From positions 311 to 64,310 of the forward strand of contig JAAXUF010000009.1 of assembly GCA_013336165.1 (NCBI GenBank): a stretch of DNA of 64,000 bases, written 5' to 3'. Of this stretch, positions 23,072 through 34,724 are shown piece after piece (positions within the stretch are counted from its first letter, which is position 1; every line of letters begins with the position of its first letter). Below the pieces are notes generated by a model that was not told the DNA's origin, searched no databases, and was given only the letters and a program-made list of their open reading frames with translations. Source of the DNA: Coriobacteriia bacterium. Its GTDB lineage: Bacteria > Actinomycetota > Coriobacteriia > Anaerosomatales > JAAXUF01. The translations under genes and the position numbers were made by a program.

Positions 23072-23458
23072 ATGAAACGCACGTGGGGATTTGCTCCCGA
23101 GGAATGGGCGCAGGCTCGACGTAGCCTCATGACCCTGCTCGCCGAGACGGCCGTTTGCCACTCCACGGTCACGTACGGTGAGGTTGCGCGACGGGTGTTT
23201 GACGGCCGGGTGAGTGCTCGGTCCTCGGCATTGATGGATCTGCTCGGCGAGGTGGACGAGCTTGAGAACGCCGAACGCGGAATCATGATCGCGTCGCTGG
23301 TCGTCCGGGCCGACACGGGGATGCCGGGCGAGGGCTACTTCACCTTCGCTGCTCAAGAGCTCGGCCGAGAGGCCCTCGATGACCCGCGCGCCTTCTGGTT
23401 CGCTGAGGTCAAGCGCGCGTGGGACGCGTTCTCGGACGGCGCTGGGGGCGCGCTGTGA
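23072..23458 (+). CDS. Hypothetical protein (128 aa; TYGEVA motif suggests an MGMT/Atl-like winged-helix fold)
   Basis: Internal ATG downstream of the tmRNA. The fold assignment rests on VTYGEVARRV only. Confidence 0.45.
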   Translation: MKRTWGFAPEEWAQARRSLMTLLAETAVCHSTVTYGEVARRVFDGRVSARSSALMDLLGEVDELENAERGIMIASLVVRADTGMPGEGYFTFAAQELGREALDDPRAFWFAEVKRAWDAFSDGAGGAL

Positions 23459-24330
23459 ACGGCGTGCGCGCTATCGGCGTGCTGCGGGGCGAAAGCATGG
23501 GACTCGTCACGGGCGTCACATGGGTGCCTATCGGAGCGTTCGCGGCACCGGTGCCCAAGAAGTCCTCGAGTGCTGCGTACGCACTCACCGAGCTCGCGAG
23601 TACGCTCGATGTCGACTTTGCGTTCGTCCCGGCTGGCCAGGAGCGCTCTGCCGAGGCGGTACGGCGACTTCACCATGCAGGCGCAGCGGCGTTTTGGTCT
23701 GTGGCCGGCGTCTTCGGGCGGGTGGCAGATCGCATCGGGTGGGCCGAAGCGCTTCGGGCGACGGCCGGCGGGCCCGGTGCGCTTGCCGCAGCGCTCGCGC
23801 AGGAGCTGCATGCTGCTCTCGACCAGGTGCGGGAGGGTGTTGCCGCCGAGGCAGACGCGGTAGTCGTCGCCGACGACTTCGCGGGCGCAACCGGCTTTCT
23901 GATCTCTCCCGACTTCGTCCTCGACGCGCTTGTGCCCTGCTATCGGCTGCTTGCCGCCGAGGCGCATGCCGCCGGCATACCCGCCGTCTTCCACTCCGAC
24001 GGCGACGTCCGCGCCCTCTACCCGGCGCTGAAGCGTGCCGGATTTTCCGGCGTTCATCTGGCGGGCCTGGGTGGCGATGACCTCGAGGCGTCGCTGGAGG
24101 CGGCTGGGCGCCACGGCCTGATGGCGCTGGGCGGCATCGAAGTGGCCGCGCTCCGCCGAGAAGGCGCTGCGCGCATAGGGACGCGCTCGGGCACATTTGC
24201 ACTCGATGGCGGGCTCATGGTGTGCGACGACGGAGGCTTCAACGATGCCGAGGAGGTCGCAGACTACGTCGTGGCAGTGGACGCGGCTCGCCAAGCCTAC
24301 GTTCAGGTCCGCGGCGACCTCAGCCTTTAG
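23455..24330 (+). CDS. Uroporphyrinogen-decarboxylase-like (URO-D / MtaA-CmuA-type) family protein
   Basis: VVADDFAGATGFLISP..........Y..L......AGIP..FHSDGDV pattern. GTG start overlaps the previous stop (GTGA). Confidence 0.55.
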   Translation: MNGVRAIGVLRGESMGLVTGVTWVPIGAFAAPVPKKSSSAAYALTELASTLDVDFAFVPAGQERSAEAVRRLHHAGAAAFWSVAGVFGRVADRIGWAEALRATAGGPGALAAALAQELHAALDQVREGVAAEADAVVVADDFAGATGFLISPDFVLDALVPCYRLLAAEAHAAGIPAVFHSDGDVRALYPALKRAGFSGVHLAGLGGDDLEASLEAAGRHGLMALGGIEVAALRREGAARIGTRSGTFALDGGLMVCDDGGFNDAEEVADYVVAVDAARQAYVQVRGDLSL

Positions 24331-24901
24331 GGCGCCGACCGGTCACCAACGTGTGCCACTCGAGCGGCCTGTGTACGACAACGTCCGTGAAACCCGCCGC
24401 CGAGAGGATCTCGGCCAACTCGGCACCGGAGAGACGCACCGCCTGCGGGGGACCCTTTGGGGTATCAATGGGAGCCCAATCGACTACGAGAATCTGCCCG
24501 GCGGGTGCTAGGAGCCGCAACGCTTCGCGGTACGTCGCCGGAGGGTTGGCGAGTTCGTGGTGCACGTTGATGGTCACGACGAGGTCGGCCGTACTGTCCG
24601 GAAGAGGGATCGAGGTCTCCTCTGCAAGCAGGGGTACGAAACGCTCGCCGAAGACGCTCACGCGATTCTTGGTCATCCACTCGATCATCACGGGTTCGAT
24701 GTCGACTGCGTAGACTGTCGCTTGCGGCGCCATCTCGGCGAATCTGGCGGCGAACAGGCCTGTGCCCGCTCCGATCTCAACGATGACGCGAGGTGTGGGA
24801 TCGCCAAGAGCATCCCACATGCGCACAGGATCGAGTTGCACGAAGCGGCCCGGATCGTTGAGCTTCTCGAGTTTCGCGAGGTCGAACTTCATGTGTGCCA
24901 T
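24320..24901 (-). CDS. Class I SAM-dependent methyltransferase
   Basis: Motif [14 protein letters not shown], followed by VYAVDIEP. Confidence 0.85.
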   Translation of the reverse strand: MAHMKFDLAKLEKLNDPGRFVQLDPVRMWDALGDPTPRVIVEIGAGTGLFAARFAEMAPQATVYAVDIEPVMIEWMTKNRVSVFGERFVPLLAEETSIPLPDSTADLVVTINVHHELANPPATYREALRLLAPAGQILVVDWAPIDTPKGPPQAVRLSGAELAEILSAAGFTDVVVHRPLEWHTLVTGRRPKG

Positions 24902-25009
24902 GGAGGCCTTTCGTGTGTTGGCGATCGCATTCCTGAGTCTATGGTATCGCAAGGGCCCTGTTGTCAGAATCTCGTGCTACCGTGTGCGAACGCGCACCGA
25001 AGGGATCCC

Positions 25010-26830
25010 ATGACTCTACGCACCACGGATATTGCTACGACGCTCGCCGAGGTCTTCGGCTATGGGCAGTTTCGCCCGCATCAGCGCGAGATAGTGGAAC
25101 ACGTGATTGGCGGGGGAGACGCATTCGTCCTTATGCCCACGGGGGGTGGCAAATCACTGTGCTTCCAGCTTCCGGCGCTGCATCGGCGGGGCACGGCGAT
25201 CGTGGTCTCGCCGCTTATCGCGCTCATGAAGGACCAGGTGGATGCGCTGCAGGCCAACGGCGTTGCGGCGGATTGTCTGAACTCCTCGCTAACGCCGGAG
25301 AAGGCGGCGTGTGTCCTTCGTGATCTGCGCGCAGGGAGGCTTGACCTGCTCTACGTGGCCCCAGAGCGACTGATGCTCGACGGGTTCCTCGACTTTCTGG
25401 GCACGGTCGAGATCGCGCTCTTTGCGATCGATGAAGCTCATTGCGTGAGCCAGTGGGGCCACGACTTCCGCCCGGAGTACGTGAAGCTCGGCGCACTGAG
25501 AAGCCTGTTCCCGAACGTTCCTTTCGTGGCACTCACCGCGACCGCAGACGACCAGACCCAAGCCGATGTGCGCGAGCGCCTGCGTATCGGCGACGCACCC
25601 GTGTTTGCCGGCGGCTTCGACCGCCCCAACATCCGCTACACCGTCACCGATAAGCGCGCGCCGTTGGCGCAGCTTGAGCGCTTCATCGCTGAGCACCCGG
25701 GGGACTCCGGCATCGTGTACGCGCTGTCGCGCAAGCGGGTCGAGCAGGTCGCGGTCGGGCTGCGCAAGGCCGGTGTTTCAGCAGCCGCCTATCATGCCGG
25801 CCTGTCGGCCGCTGAGCGCACTCGCGTGCAGGACGGTTTTCTTCGCGACGAGATCTGCGTTGTCGTCGCGACCGTCGCCTTTGGAATGGGAATCGACAAG
25901 CCCGACGTCAGGTTCGTCGTCCACTACGACATGCCCAAGAACATCGAAGGCTACTACCAGGAGACCGGCCGAGCCGGCCGCGACGGAGTCCATGCCGAGG
26001 CTCTGTTGCTCTTTGGCCTGCAGGATGCCGTCACCGCCCGCAGCCTGATCGAAAACAGCGCCAACGCCGAGCAGGTCCGCATTGAGTTGCACAAGCTCTC
26101 TGCGATGATCGCGTTCGCGGAAGCCACCACATGCCGCCGAAGGGTGCTTCTCGGCTACTTCGGCGAGCCAACCGAGGCCGACTGCGGCAACTGCGACGTC
26201 TGTCTTGATCCTCCGCAGCTCTTCGACGCCACGGTCGACGCGCAGAAGGCGCTCTCGGCGATCTACCGCACGGGCGAGAGGTTCGGGATCGGGCACGTCA
26301 TCGATGTACTCAAGGGCGCCGACAACGACAAGATCCGTCAATGGGACCACCAGAGGTTGTCGGTGTACGGCATCGGTGCGGAACGCTCACGTGACGAGTG
26401 GACGAGCATCATTCGGCAGCTCATCCACCTGAACTACGTGCGGCAGGACATTGCCGCTTTCTCGGCGCTCAAGCTTCAGGCATCCGCCCGCGATTTGCTG
26501 CGTGGCGAGGTCGCGGTGCGCCTCGCCGCCCCGCGCGCCAAGGCGCCCAAGGTGGCGAAGAAGCCTCGGCGTTCGGGCGCTCTGGCCGGCATGGACGTGG
26601 ATGACGGGCTCTTCGAGCGGCTGCGCGAACGTCGCAGAGAACTAGCTGCCGAACAGCGGGTTCCGGCGTACGTCGTGTTTTCAGACGCGACTCTGGCGGA
26701 GATGGCAGCGCACAAGCCTTCAAGTCGTGACGAGCTGCTCGAGGTCACCGGCGTAGGGGCCGTCAAACTTGAGCGCTATGGGGAGACTTTTCTCGCAGTG
26801 ATCGCCGGCTTCGAAACGGGTTCGCTCTAG
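25010..26830 (+). CDS. recQ: ATP-dependent DNA helicase RecQ
   Basis: [34 protein letters not shown], the zinc-binding CRR...YFGE....CG.CD.C, and a C-terminal HRDC domain. Confidence 0.95.
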   Translation: MTLRTTDIATTLAEVFGYGQFRPHQREIVEHVIGGGDAFVLMPTGGGKSLCFQLPALHRRGTAIVVSPLIALMKDQVDALQANGVAADCLNSSLTPEKAACVLRDLRAGRLDLLYVAPERLMLDGFLDFLGTVEIALFAIDEAHCVSQWGHDFRPEYVKLGALRSLFPNVPFVALTATADDQTQADVRERLRIGDAPVFAGGFDRPNIRYTVTDKRAPLAQLERFIAEHPGDSGIVYALSRKRVEQVAVGLRKAGVSAAAYHAGLSAAERTRVQDGFLRDEICVVVATVAFGMGIDKPDVRFVVHYDMPKNIEGYYQETGRAGRDGVHAEALLLFGLQDAVTARSLIENSANAEQVRIELHKLSAMIAFAEATTCRRRVLLGYFGEPTEADCGNCDVCLDPPQLFDATVDAQKALSAIYRTGERFGIGHVIDVLKGADNDKIRQWDHQRLSVYGIGAERSRDEWTSIIRQLIHLNYVRQDIAAFSALKLQASARDLLRGEVAVRLAAPRAKAPKVAKKPRRSGALAGMDVDDGLFERLRERRRELAAEQRVPAYVVFSDATLAEMAAHKPSSRDELLEVTGVGAVKLERYGETFLAVIAGFETGSL

Positions 26831-26877
26831 TCTCGGTGCTCCAAGCAGCCAGATCCGGAAACGCTCGCGAAACAACC

Positions 26878-26919
26878 CTACATTGTTGTCGCATGACACT
26901 ACATTCGTGTCGCATACAC
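26878..26919 (+). promoter_or_regulatory. Tandem imperfect 21-bp direct repeat, candidate enhancer (UAS) for the nif promoter
   Basis: CTACATTGTTGTCGCATGACA (26878-26898) is immediately followed by CTACATTCGTGTCGCATACAC (26899-26919). Both lie about 45-90 bp upstream of the -24 element. Confidence 0.45.
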
Positions 26920-26960
26920 TCTGCTGAAACTCCATGAAACCGCAGGTCAGGGGCTTGTAA

Positions 26961-27899
<939 letters not shown>

Positions 27900-27903
27900 C
27901 ACC

Positions 27904-29361
27904 ATGCCCTCTCCAGACATCAACCAGACCCAGAAGCTGATAGACGAGGTTCTCGAGGCGTATCCCGAGAAGACTCGCAAAGACCGCGCAAAGCATGTGA
28001 AGCCGAACGATCCCAGCGGGGAGTGCTCCAGCTGCGCCGTGAAGTCCAACGTCAAATCGCGGCCGGGGGTTATGACGGTTCGCGGGTGCGCCTACGCCGG
28101 CTCCAAAGGAGTGGTGTGGGGACCAGTCAAGGACATGGTTCACATCAGCCACGGCCCCGTCGGATGCGGGGCATACAGTAACTGGTCTCGCCGCAACTAC
28201 TACAACGGCAGCACTGGGGTCGATGCGTTTGGCACCATGCACTTCACGAGCGACTTCCAGGAGCGCGACATCGTCTACGGAGGTGACAAGAAGCTCGCGG
28301 TCATCATCGACGAAGTCAACACGCTCTTCCCGCTGGCGAAAGGCATCAGCATCCAGTCGGAGTGCCCGGTCGGGCTTATCGGCGACGACATTGAGTCCGT
28401 CGCCAAGGTCAAGACCGTCGAGTGCGGCAAACCGGTCGTTCCGGTGCGCTGCGAGGGCTTCCGCGGCGTGTCTCAGTCGCTCGGTCATCACATCGCCAAT
28501 GACGCGATCCGCGATCACGTATTCGGCAAGGTCGGCACGGACATCGCGACGACGCCGTACGACGTCACGATCATCGGCGACTACAACATCGGCGGAGACG
28601 CATGGGCTAGCCGCCGCATCCTCGAGGACATGGGGCTGCGTGTTATCGCCCAGTGGACGGGCGACGCGACGATCGCCGAGCTTGGCAACGCGCCCAAGGC
28701 CAAGCTCAACCTCGTTCACTGCTACCGGTCGATGAACTACATCTGCCGCTACATGGAAGAGACCTGGGGCACGCCTTGGGAGGAGTACAACTTCTTTGGG
28801 CCGACGAAGATCTACGCGTCGATCCGCGCCATCGCCTCTCACTTCGACGACACCATCAAGGCCAACGCCGAGGCGCTCATCGAGCGCATGAGGCCTGAGA
28901 TGGACGCCATCATCGCCGAGTACATGCCGCGTCTCGAGGGCAAGACCGTGATGCTCTACGTCGGCGGCCTGCGGCCCCGGCACATCATCGGCGCGTACGA
29001 GGACCTCGGTATGGAGATCATCGCCGCCGGCTACGAGTTCGCGCACGCCGACGACTACAAGAAGACGCACCCGAGGCTCAAAGAGGGCGCCGTGATCATG
29101 GACGACGCCACGCCTTACGAACTCGAGGAGTTCACCAAACGCCTGAAGCCCGACCTTGTCGGCAGCGGCGTCAAGGAGAAGTACGCCTACCATAAGATGG
29201 GCGTGCCGTTTCGCCAGATGCACTCGTGGGACTACTCGGGCCCGTACCACGGTTTCGACGGTTTCAAAGTATTCGCCCGCGACATGGACATGACCGTCAA
29301 TAGCCCCGTGTGGGGTCTCGTACGCAAGCCTGCGTGGGCGAGCGAACGCGCTGCAGGTTAG
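27904..29361 (+). CDS. nifD: Nitrogenase MoFe protein alpha chain NifD
   Basis: P-cluster Cys context ([19 protein letters not shown]). FeMo-co ligands in [11 protein letters not shown] and [15 protein letters not shown]. Confidence 0.95.
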   Translation: MPSPDINQTQKLIDEVLEAYPEKTRKDRAKHVKPNDPSGECSSCAVKSNVKSRPGVMTVRGCAYAGSKGVVWGPVKDMVHISHGPVGCGAYSNWSRRNYYNGSTGVDAFGTMHFTSDFQERDIVYGGDKKLAVIIDEVNTLFPLAKGISIQSECPVGLIGDDIESVAKVKTVECGKPVVPVRCEGFRGVSQSLGHHIANDAIRDHVFGKVGTDIATTPYDVTIIGDYNIGGDAWASRRILEDMGLRVIAQWTGDATIAELGNAPKAKLNLVHCYRSMNYICRYMEETWGTPWEEYNFFGPTKIYASIRAIASHFDDTIKANAEALIERMRPEMDAIIAEYMPRLEGKTVMLYVGGLRPRHIIGAYEDLGMEIIAAGYEFAHADDYKKTHPRLKEGAVIMDDATPYELEEFTKRLKPDLVGSGVKEKYAYHKMGVPFRQMHSWDYSGPYHGFDGFKVFARDMDMTVNSPVWGLVRKPAWASERAAG

Positions 29362-29371
29362 GAGGTCACGG

Positions 29372-30883
29372 ATGCAAACGACAGATCATAACGATCTCTT
29401 CACACAGCCCGAGTACATCGAGCAGTTCGAGCGCAAGCGCGAGTTCGAAGGGTGTTCGAGCCGCGCCGAGGTCGCCGAGGTCGCCGAGTGGACCAAGTCA
29501 GCCGAGTACCGCGAGGCGAACTTCGCCCGCGAGGCGGTTTCGATCAACCCATGCAAGGCATGTCAGCCTCTCGGCGCCGTGCTCGCTGCGCTGGGCTACG
29601 AGAAGACGCTGCCGTTCGTACAGGGTTCGCAGGGCTGCACCGCCTACTTTCGCTCGCACCTCTCGCGCCATTTCAAGGAGCCGATCGCAGCGGTCTCAAG
29701 CTCGATGACGGAGGACGCGGCGGTCTTCGGCGGCCTCTCGAACATGACCGAGGGCCTCGAGAACGCCTACGCCCTCTACCACCCGGAGATGATTGCGGTC
29801 TCCACCACCTGCATGGCCGAGGTCATCGGTGACGACCTGCGCGCCTACATCAAGCAGTCCAAAGACAAGGGAGCCGTTCCGGATGAGGTGCCGGTGCCGT
29901 TCGCACACACCCCCAGCTTCACCGGCAGCCACCTCAACGGCTACGACGCGATGACCAGAGGAATCCTCTCGGAATTGTCAGGCGGAAGCGCCGCCGAGAA
30001 GAACGAAACGATCAACATCATCCCCGGCTTCGATGGCTACGCAGGTAACTTGCGTGAGTATCGGCACCTGCTCGACTGGATGGGTGTCAAGTACACCATG
30101 CTCGGCGACTATTCGGCTGTCGTTGACGCCCCGGCGTTTGGCGAGTACGAGCTCTACCCAGCCGGTGCCACGACGTTTAACGAGGTGCGCGAGGCCGGCA
30201 ACGCGAAAGCCACTGTCGCGATGCAGCAGTGGTCGACCGTCAAGACCGGCGAGTTCGTGCACGACGAGTGGGGACAGGAATTCGTTGCCGGCCCGATGCC
30301 GATCGGCATCACCGCTACCGACGCGCTGCTTGCCGAGGTCACTCGGCTGACCGGTAGGCAGCTTTCGAAGCGTTTGGAGGTTGAGCGTGGCCGTGCGGTT
30401 GACGCCATGCTCGACTCGCACCCCTACATCTTCGGCAAGCGCGTTGCCCTTGTCGGCGATCCTGACGTGCTTCTCGGCCTCATCAGCTTTCTGCTCAAGG
30501 TGGGGGCCCGGCCGGTTCACATCGTCGCGACCAACGGTGACAAGAAGTTCAAGAAGGCCGCGGATGCGCTTCTGGCATCCTCGCCCTACGGCTCCGACGC
30601 GACCGTGTGGGTCAAGAAGGACATGTGGCACCTGCGCTCACTCATGTTCACCGAGCCGGTCGACCTGCTGCTTGGGCCCTCGAACGCCAAGTTTCTGTGG
30701 CGAGACACGGGCACCACGTTTGTGCGCGTTGGCTTTCCGATCTTTGACCGCCATCACCTCCACAAGAGGCCGATCGTCGGGTACAACGGCGCGATCAACC
30801 TGCTCGCCGACATCGTCAACACGCTGCTGGACGAGCTCGACCGCAAGGCGATGGATACTCCGTCGTTTGATCTGATCCGGTAG
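29372..30883 (+). CDS. nifK: Nitrogenase MoFe protein beta chain NifK
   Basis: INPCKACQPLGA, GSQGCTAYFRSH and TTCMAEVIGDD motifs. Immediately follows nifD. Confidence 0.95.
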   Translation: MQTTDHNDLFTQPEYIEQFERKREFEGCSSRAEVAEVAEWTKSAEYREANFAREAVSINPCKACQPLGAVLAALGYEKTLPFVQGSQGCTAYFRSHLSRHFKEPIAAVSSSMTEDAAVFGGLSNMTEGLENAYALYHPEMIAVSTTCMAEVIGDDLRAYIKQSKDKGAVPDEVPVPFAHTPSFTGSHLNGYDAMTRGILSELSGGSAAEKNETINIIPGFDGYAGNLREYRHLLDWMGVKYTMLGDYSAVVDAPAFGEYELYPAGATTFNEVREAGNAKATVAMQQWSTVKTGEFVHDEWGQEFVAGPMPIGITATDALLAEVTRLTGRQLSKRLEVERGRAVDAMLDSHPYIFGKRVALVGDPDVLLGLISFLLKVGARPVHIVATNGDKKFKKAADALLASSPYGSDATVWVKKDMWHLRSLMFTEPVDLLLGPSNAKFLWRDTGTTFVRVGFPIFDRHHLHKRPIVGYNGAINLLADIVNTLLDELDRKAMDTPSFDLIR

Positions 30884-30893
30884 GAGCGGACCC

Positions 30894-33542
30894 ATGTCAG
30901 TCTCACTGGATAAGCTTCTGGAGTCCGGCTGTCAGTCAGAGGCCCAGCACAAGGTGTGCCGCTCCCGCGGAGGGGAGTCGTGCGCGTTCGACGGTGCCGC
31001 GATTGTGCTCATGCCGATCGCAGACGCGGCGCATGTCATCCACGGCCCCATATCGTGCGCCGGCAACGCGTGGGAAGGCCGCGGCGTTCACTCGACTGCC
31101 GGCGACTTTCACCTGCGTGGATTCACGACCGATGTCTCCGAGATGGATATCGTCTACGGTGCCGAGAAGAAGCTTGCCGAGACGGTCCGCGAGGTCGTGC
31201 GGCGCGAACAACCAAAGGCGGTCTTCGTCTACTCGACGTGCGTGACCGGACTCACTGGCGAAGACATCGACGGAGTCTGCGGATCACTTTCGGTCGAACT
31301 CGCGCTTTCTGTGGTTCCGGTGAATGCGCCGGGGTTTGTGGGTCCGAAGAACCTCGGCAATCGGATTGCCGGTGAAGCGCTGCTTGAGCACGTCATCGGA
31401 ACGGCCGAGCCGACGGTGACCACACCCACCGATATCGTAATCATCGGTGAGTACAACGTGGGTGGTGACCTCGATCTCATCGAGCCGCTTCTGGATGAGT
31501 GCGGGATTCGGGTTCTGTCACGAATCACCGGCAACGCAACCTTCGAGGAAGTGCGTCATGCACACCGCGCCAGACTGTCGGTGCTCGTGTGCAGCCGTGC
31601 GCTCATCAATGTGGCGGTAGGCCTGCAGCGCGGCTGGGCAGTTCCATACCTGGAAGTGTCCTTCTTCGGGGCGACCGAGATTGTGCGCTCACTTCGATCG
31701 ATTGCAGAGGCGTTGGAGCTTGTGTCGCCAGAGGCCGTCGGTGTGCGCCAGCGCGTCGAAGAGGTCATCGCACGGCGGCAAGAAGAGCTCGATGAGCGTC
31801 TGGCGCCCTATGTCGGCGCCCTCAAAGGCAAGCGGGCGATCCTGTACTCCGGCGGCGTGAAGAGCTGGTCGATGGCGTCCGCACTCACCGATTTGGGCAT
31901 CGAGATTCTTGCAGTCGGCACCAAGAAGTCCTCGGCTGAAGACGAAGAGAAAGTGAAGCAGGTCTTAGGAAGCGGCGTTCGACTGATCGAGAACATCTCG
32001 CCGGCCATCATCCGCAAGATCATGGCCGAGGAGCGAGGCGATCTGTTGGTCGCCGGCGGGCGCAACCGCTATCTCGCCGCAAAGGAAGGCTGGCCTTTCG
32101 TCGACGTGAACCAGGAGCGGGAGACCGCCTACGCCGGCTTCGAAGGACTCGTGAACCTTGCTCGGGATCTTTCGGCGAGTGTTGCCTTCTACGACCGGCA
32201 GAGACGTGACCGCTTCTGTTCTTTGCCTGCGGCTCAGACGCCGGTTCGCACGGAGGAGCGCGTCGGGTCCATCGATCCGCTCAAAAACGCTCCGACTTTG
32301 GGCGCAGCCTTGGCGCTGCAGGGCGTGGATCGGTCAATCCCCGTGTTGCATGCGGCGCAGGGGTGCACCTTCCTGGGCAAGGTCCTGGCTATCCGGCACT
32401 TCAACGAGCCGATTGCTCTTTCCACCACGAAGCTCTTCACTGAGGATGTCGTGCTAGGTAGCGACGAGGGCGTCAGCACAGTCGTCCGCTCGCTTGTGGA
32501 AGCCTCGTCTCGGCCGGATGTCATTGCGCTTGTCAGCGGCGGCCTGGCCGAGGTACGGGGCGACGATGTCGCGACACTGGCGCGCCGACTCGATCACCAG
32601 TTCGAACCTGCGATCATTGCGATTCGGGCTCCCGACTATCACGGTAGCCTCGAAGACGGCTATCTTGCCGCAGTCCGTTCCCTCCTGCGTCTTGCCGAGG
32701 ACGCCGCATTCGAGGCACCAGCGGCCTCAAGACAAGTCACGGTGCTCGCCGGTTCGCATCTTTCCCCGGCTGACGTGTGTGAACTCAAAGACATGGTGGA
32801 GTCGTTCGGCCTGCGGCCGATAATGCTCCCGGACCTGTCAGCCCTTGACGGCAGTCGGGAGGGTTTCTCGGCGCTGGCCGCGGGTGGAGTCATGCTGGCC
32901 GACATCTGCCGGCTTTCGGCGTCTGCGCACACGCTGGTGTTGGGCGCGTCGCTCGAACCAGCCGCTCACGATCTTGCAGAGCGTTTCGGCACTCCGCTCT
33001 CGGTGTTTGATGCGGTGTGCGGTGTCGAAGCGACCGATTCACTTCTCGCGGCGCTGGTCCTGCTCTCAGGCAGGTCGGTTGCAGGGCGCTTTGAGCGTGA
33101 TCGGCGCATCGCCATCGACGCGATGCGCGACGCACACCTGCGCATCTCAGGCAGGCGAGTCTGCCTCGCGCTGGAATCCGATCACGCCATGTCCATGTCT
33201 GCGATTTTCGACGAGATGGCGGCCCGTCCCGTATGCGCCATCATCCCGACGCGAGCCGTCGTCGCTTCCCGGATTCTCGCCGATGAGGTCGTGGTCGGCG
33301 ATCTGGCCAGCGTACCCGGGGGAATCGATCTGCTGGTATCGAACTCCCACGCCCATCGCACGGCCGCTTCCGCAGGAGCAGTTCTCTTTGAGACCGGGTT
33401 CCCACAGTTCGAGACCCATGGCGCGTCACGCCAGCTTTCCGTTGGATACCGGGGCGCAGCAAGGGTCGTCGATGCCGTGGCGAATCTGCTTTCGCCCAAT
33501 CGAACAAACCAGAATGTCATCGGAGAAAGGGGATCCAATTGA
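30894..33542 (+). CDS. nifEN: Fused NifE-NifN FeMo-cofactor scaffold protein
   Basis: One 882-aa frame. The N-terminal half is NifE-like (CAFDGA..VL.PI.DA.H..HGPI.C, YSTCVTGLTGEDI). From about residue 470 it is NifN-like (IDPLKNAPTLGAALALQGVDRSIPVLHAAQGCT). Confidence 0.85.
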   Translation: MSVSLDKLLESGCQSEAQHKVCRSRGGESCAFDGAAIVLMPIADAAHVIHGPISCAGNAWEGRGVHSTAGDFHLRGFTTDVSEMDIVYGAEKKLAETVREVVRREQPKAVFVYSTCVTGLTGEDIDGVCGSLSVELALSVVPVNAPGFVGPKNLGNRIAGEALLEHVIGTAEPTVTTPTDIVIIGEYNVGGDLDLIEPLLDECGIRVLSRITGNATFEEVRHAHRARLSVLVCSRALINVAVGLQRGWAVPYLEVSFFGATEIVRSLRSIAEALELVSPEAVGVRQRVEEVIARRQEELDERLAPYVGALKGKRAILYSGGVKSWSMASALTDLGIEILAVGTKKSSAEDEEKVKQVLGSGVRLIENISPAIIRKIMAEERGDLLVAGGRNRYLAAKEGWPFVDVNQERETAYAGFEGLVNLARDLSASVAFYDRQRRDRFCSLPAAQTPVRTEERVGSIDPLKNAPTLGAALALQGVDRSIPVLHAAQGCTFLGKVLAIRHFNEPIALSTTKLFTEDVVLGSDEGVSTVVRSLVEASSRPDVIALVSGGLAEVRGDDVATLARRLDHQFEPAIIAIRAPDYHGSLEDGYLAAVRSLLRLAEDAAFEAPAASRQVTVLAGSHLSPADVCELKDMVESFGLRPIMLPDLSALDGSREGFSALAAGGVMLADICRLSASAHTLVLGASLEPAAHDLAERFGTPLSVFDAVCGVEATDSLLAALVLLSGRSVAGRFERDRRIAIDAMRDAHLRISGRRVCLALESDHAMSMSAIFDEMAARPVCAIIPTRAVVASRILADEVVVGDLASVPGGIDLLVSNSHAHRTAASAGAVLFETGFPQFETHGASRQLSVGYRGAARVVDAVANLLSPNRTNQNVIGERGSN

Positions 33543-33979
33543 AAGTCGCATTCGCCAGCACAAGAGGCACGACGGTAGACGAGCACTTCGGCCGAGCCAG
33601 CGCCTTCTCTATCTACGACATCACGCCGAACGCCGCTGTCTTCGTGGAGTTGCGCAGAGTTGCAGAGGGAGACGTGGACGTCGCGGTCGTAGAGTCGCGG
33701 GGCATGGGTGAGCTGCACGAAAGTGCGATTGCCAATAAGGTCGATCAACTCGCTGACTGCAAGATCGTCTACTTCACCGAGATAGGCGGCCCCTCGGCCG
33801 CGAAGCTGATTCGGCGTGGCATCATGCCGCTCAAAGTGGAGCGATCGAGTTCGATTGAGCTGCTCACTGAGAATCTCATTGAGACCATGCGTTACCGTCC
33901 TGCGCCGTGGATGCGCAAGATCCTAGCATCAGATGCCCAGCGCGAAGCAAAAACCGCCAGCCAGACCGGAGAGAGGTAA
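33539..33979 (+). CDS. nifX: NifX (FeMo-co carrier, NifX/NafY-like)
   Basis: (M)KVAFASTRGTTVDEHFGRASAFSIYDI is the NifX N-terminus. TTG start overlaps the nifEN stop. Confidence 0.8.
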   Translation: MKVAFASTRGTTVDEHFGRASAFSIYDITPNAAVFVELRRVAEGDVDVAVVESRGMGELHESAIANKVDQLADCKIVYFTEIGGPSAAKLIRRGIMPLKVERSSSIELLTENLIETMRYRPAPWMRKILASDAQREAKTASQTGER

Positions 33980-33984
33980 CCGAC

Positions 33985-34302
33985 ATGAAGATGGTGCGAG
34001 CGTTCGTTAGGCCCGAGAAGGAACAGGAGATCGTTCAGGCTCTCGAGGGCGCCGGGTTTGGCTCTCTTACGAAGATGCCGGTCTTTGGCCGCGGCAAGCA
34101 AAAGGGGCTGCAGGTCGGCCCGATCTACTACGACGAGCTTCCCAAGACTCTGCTCATGATGGTTGTCGATGACGCCGACACCGCGGCCGTCATCGGCGTC
34201 ATCGAAGACAAGGCACGGACTGGGTTCATTGGCGACGGCAAGATCTTCGTCTCGCCGGTCGAGGAGGCCTACACGATCAGGACCGGGGAGGCAGGGCTGT
34301 GA
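33985..34302 (+). CDS. nifI1: PII-family nitrogenase regulator NifI1
   Basis: 105 aa. MKMVRAFVRPEK...T-loop GRGKQKG...GDGKIFVSPVEEAYTIRTGE. Position in the nif operon. Confidence 0.85.
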   Translation: MKMVRAFVRPEKEQEIVQALEGAGFGSLTKMPVFGRGKQKGLQVGPIYYDELPKTLLMMVVDDADTAAVIGVIEDKARTGFIGDGKIFVSPVEEAYTIRTGEAGL

Positions 34303-34724
34303 GAGAGATCACCGCGATCATTCGCCGAGACAAGCTCCCGGCGACCAAGAGTGCACTCGCCGAGATCGGCTACCCCTCTCTGACCATCCAAAGCGTCGAG
34401 GGCCGCGGCAAGCAGCGCGGAAACGTCGCCTGTCAGTTGCAGGATATGGATGAGGACGGTGCAACCTGCAACTCACTCCATGTGAAGCTCAGGCCCACGC
34501 CATCGGCCTACGCACTCGAGCACACCTTGCCCAAGGTCGCTCTCTACGTACCCAAGCGGTTGTTGACTGTCGTCGTTCCCGATGAGGCCGCCCACGAGGT
34601 TGTCTCGGCGATCATCGCCGTGAACCGGACCGGCCAGTTTGGCGACGGCAAAATCTTCGTCTCCGTGATCGACGAGGCAGTGCGCATCCGGACTCTTGAA
34701 GTCGGCGCCGAGGCGGTGGCGTGA
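34299..34724 (+). CDS. nifI2: PII-family nitrogenase regulator NifI2 (extended T-loop)
   Basis: 141 aa. MREITAIIRRDKL...GRGKQRG, then a ~35-aa insertion, then GDGKIFVSVIDEAVRIRT. Overlaps the nifI1 stop. Confidence 0.8.
   Translation: MREITAIIRRDKLPATKSALAEIGYPSLTIQSVEGRGKQRGNVACQLQDMDEDGATCNSLHVKLRPTPSAYALEHTLPKVALYVPKRLLTVVVPDEAAHEVVSAIIAVNRTGQFGDGKIFVSVIDEAVRIRTLEVGAEAVA

Noticed and set aside
22669-23356. Two long minus-strand ORFs (215 and 174 aa), plus the + strand ORF start at 22865
   Set aside because: They overlap the tmRNA gene and its terminator. Only the part from the ATG at 23072 on the + strand is kept as a possible gene.
26884-26903. Canonical NifA UAS TGT-N10-ACA upstream of nifH
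   Set aside because: TGT/ACA pairs are present but are spaced N9, N11 or N5, so I report the 21-bp tandem repeat instead of claiming a canonical UAS.
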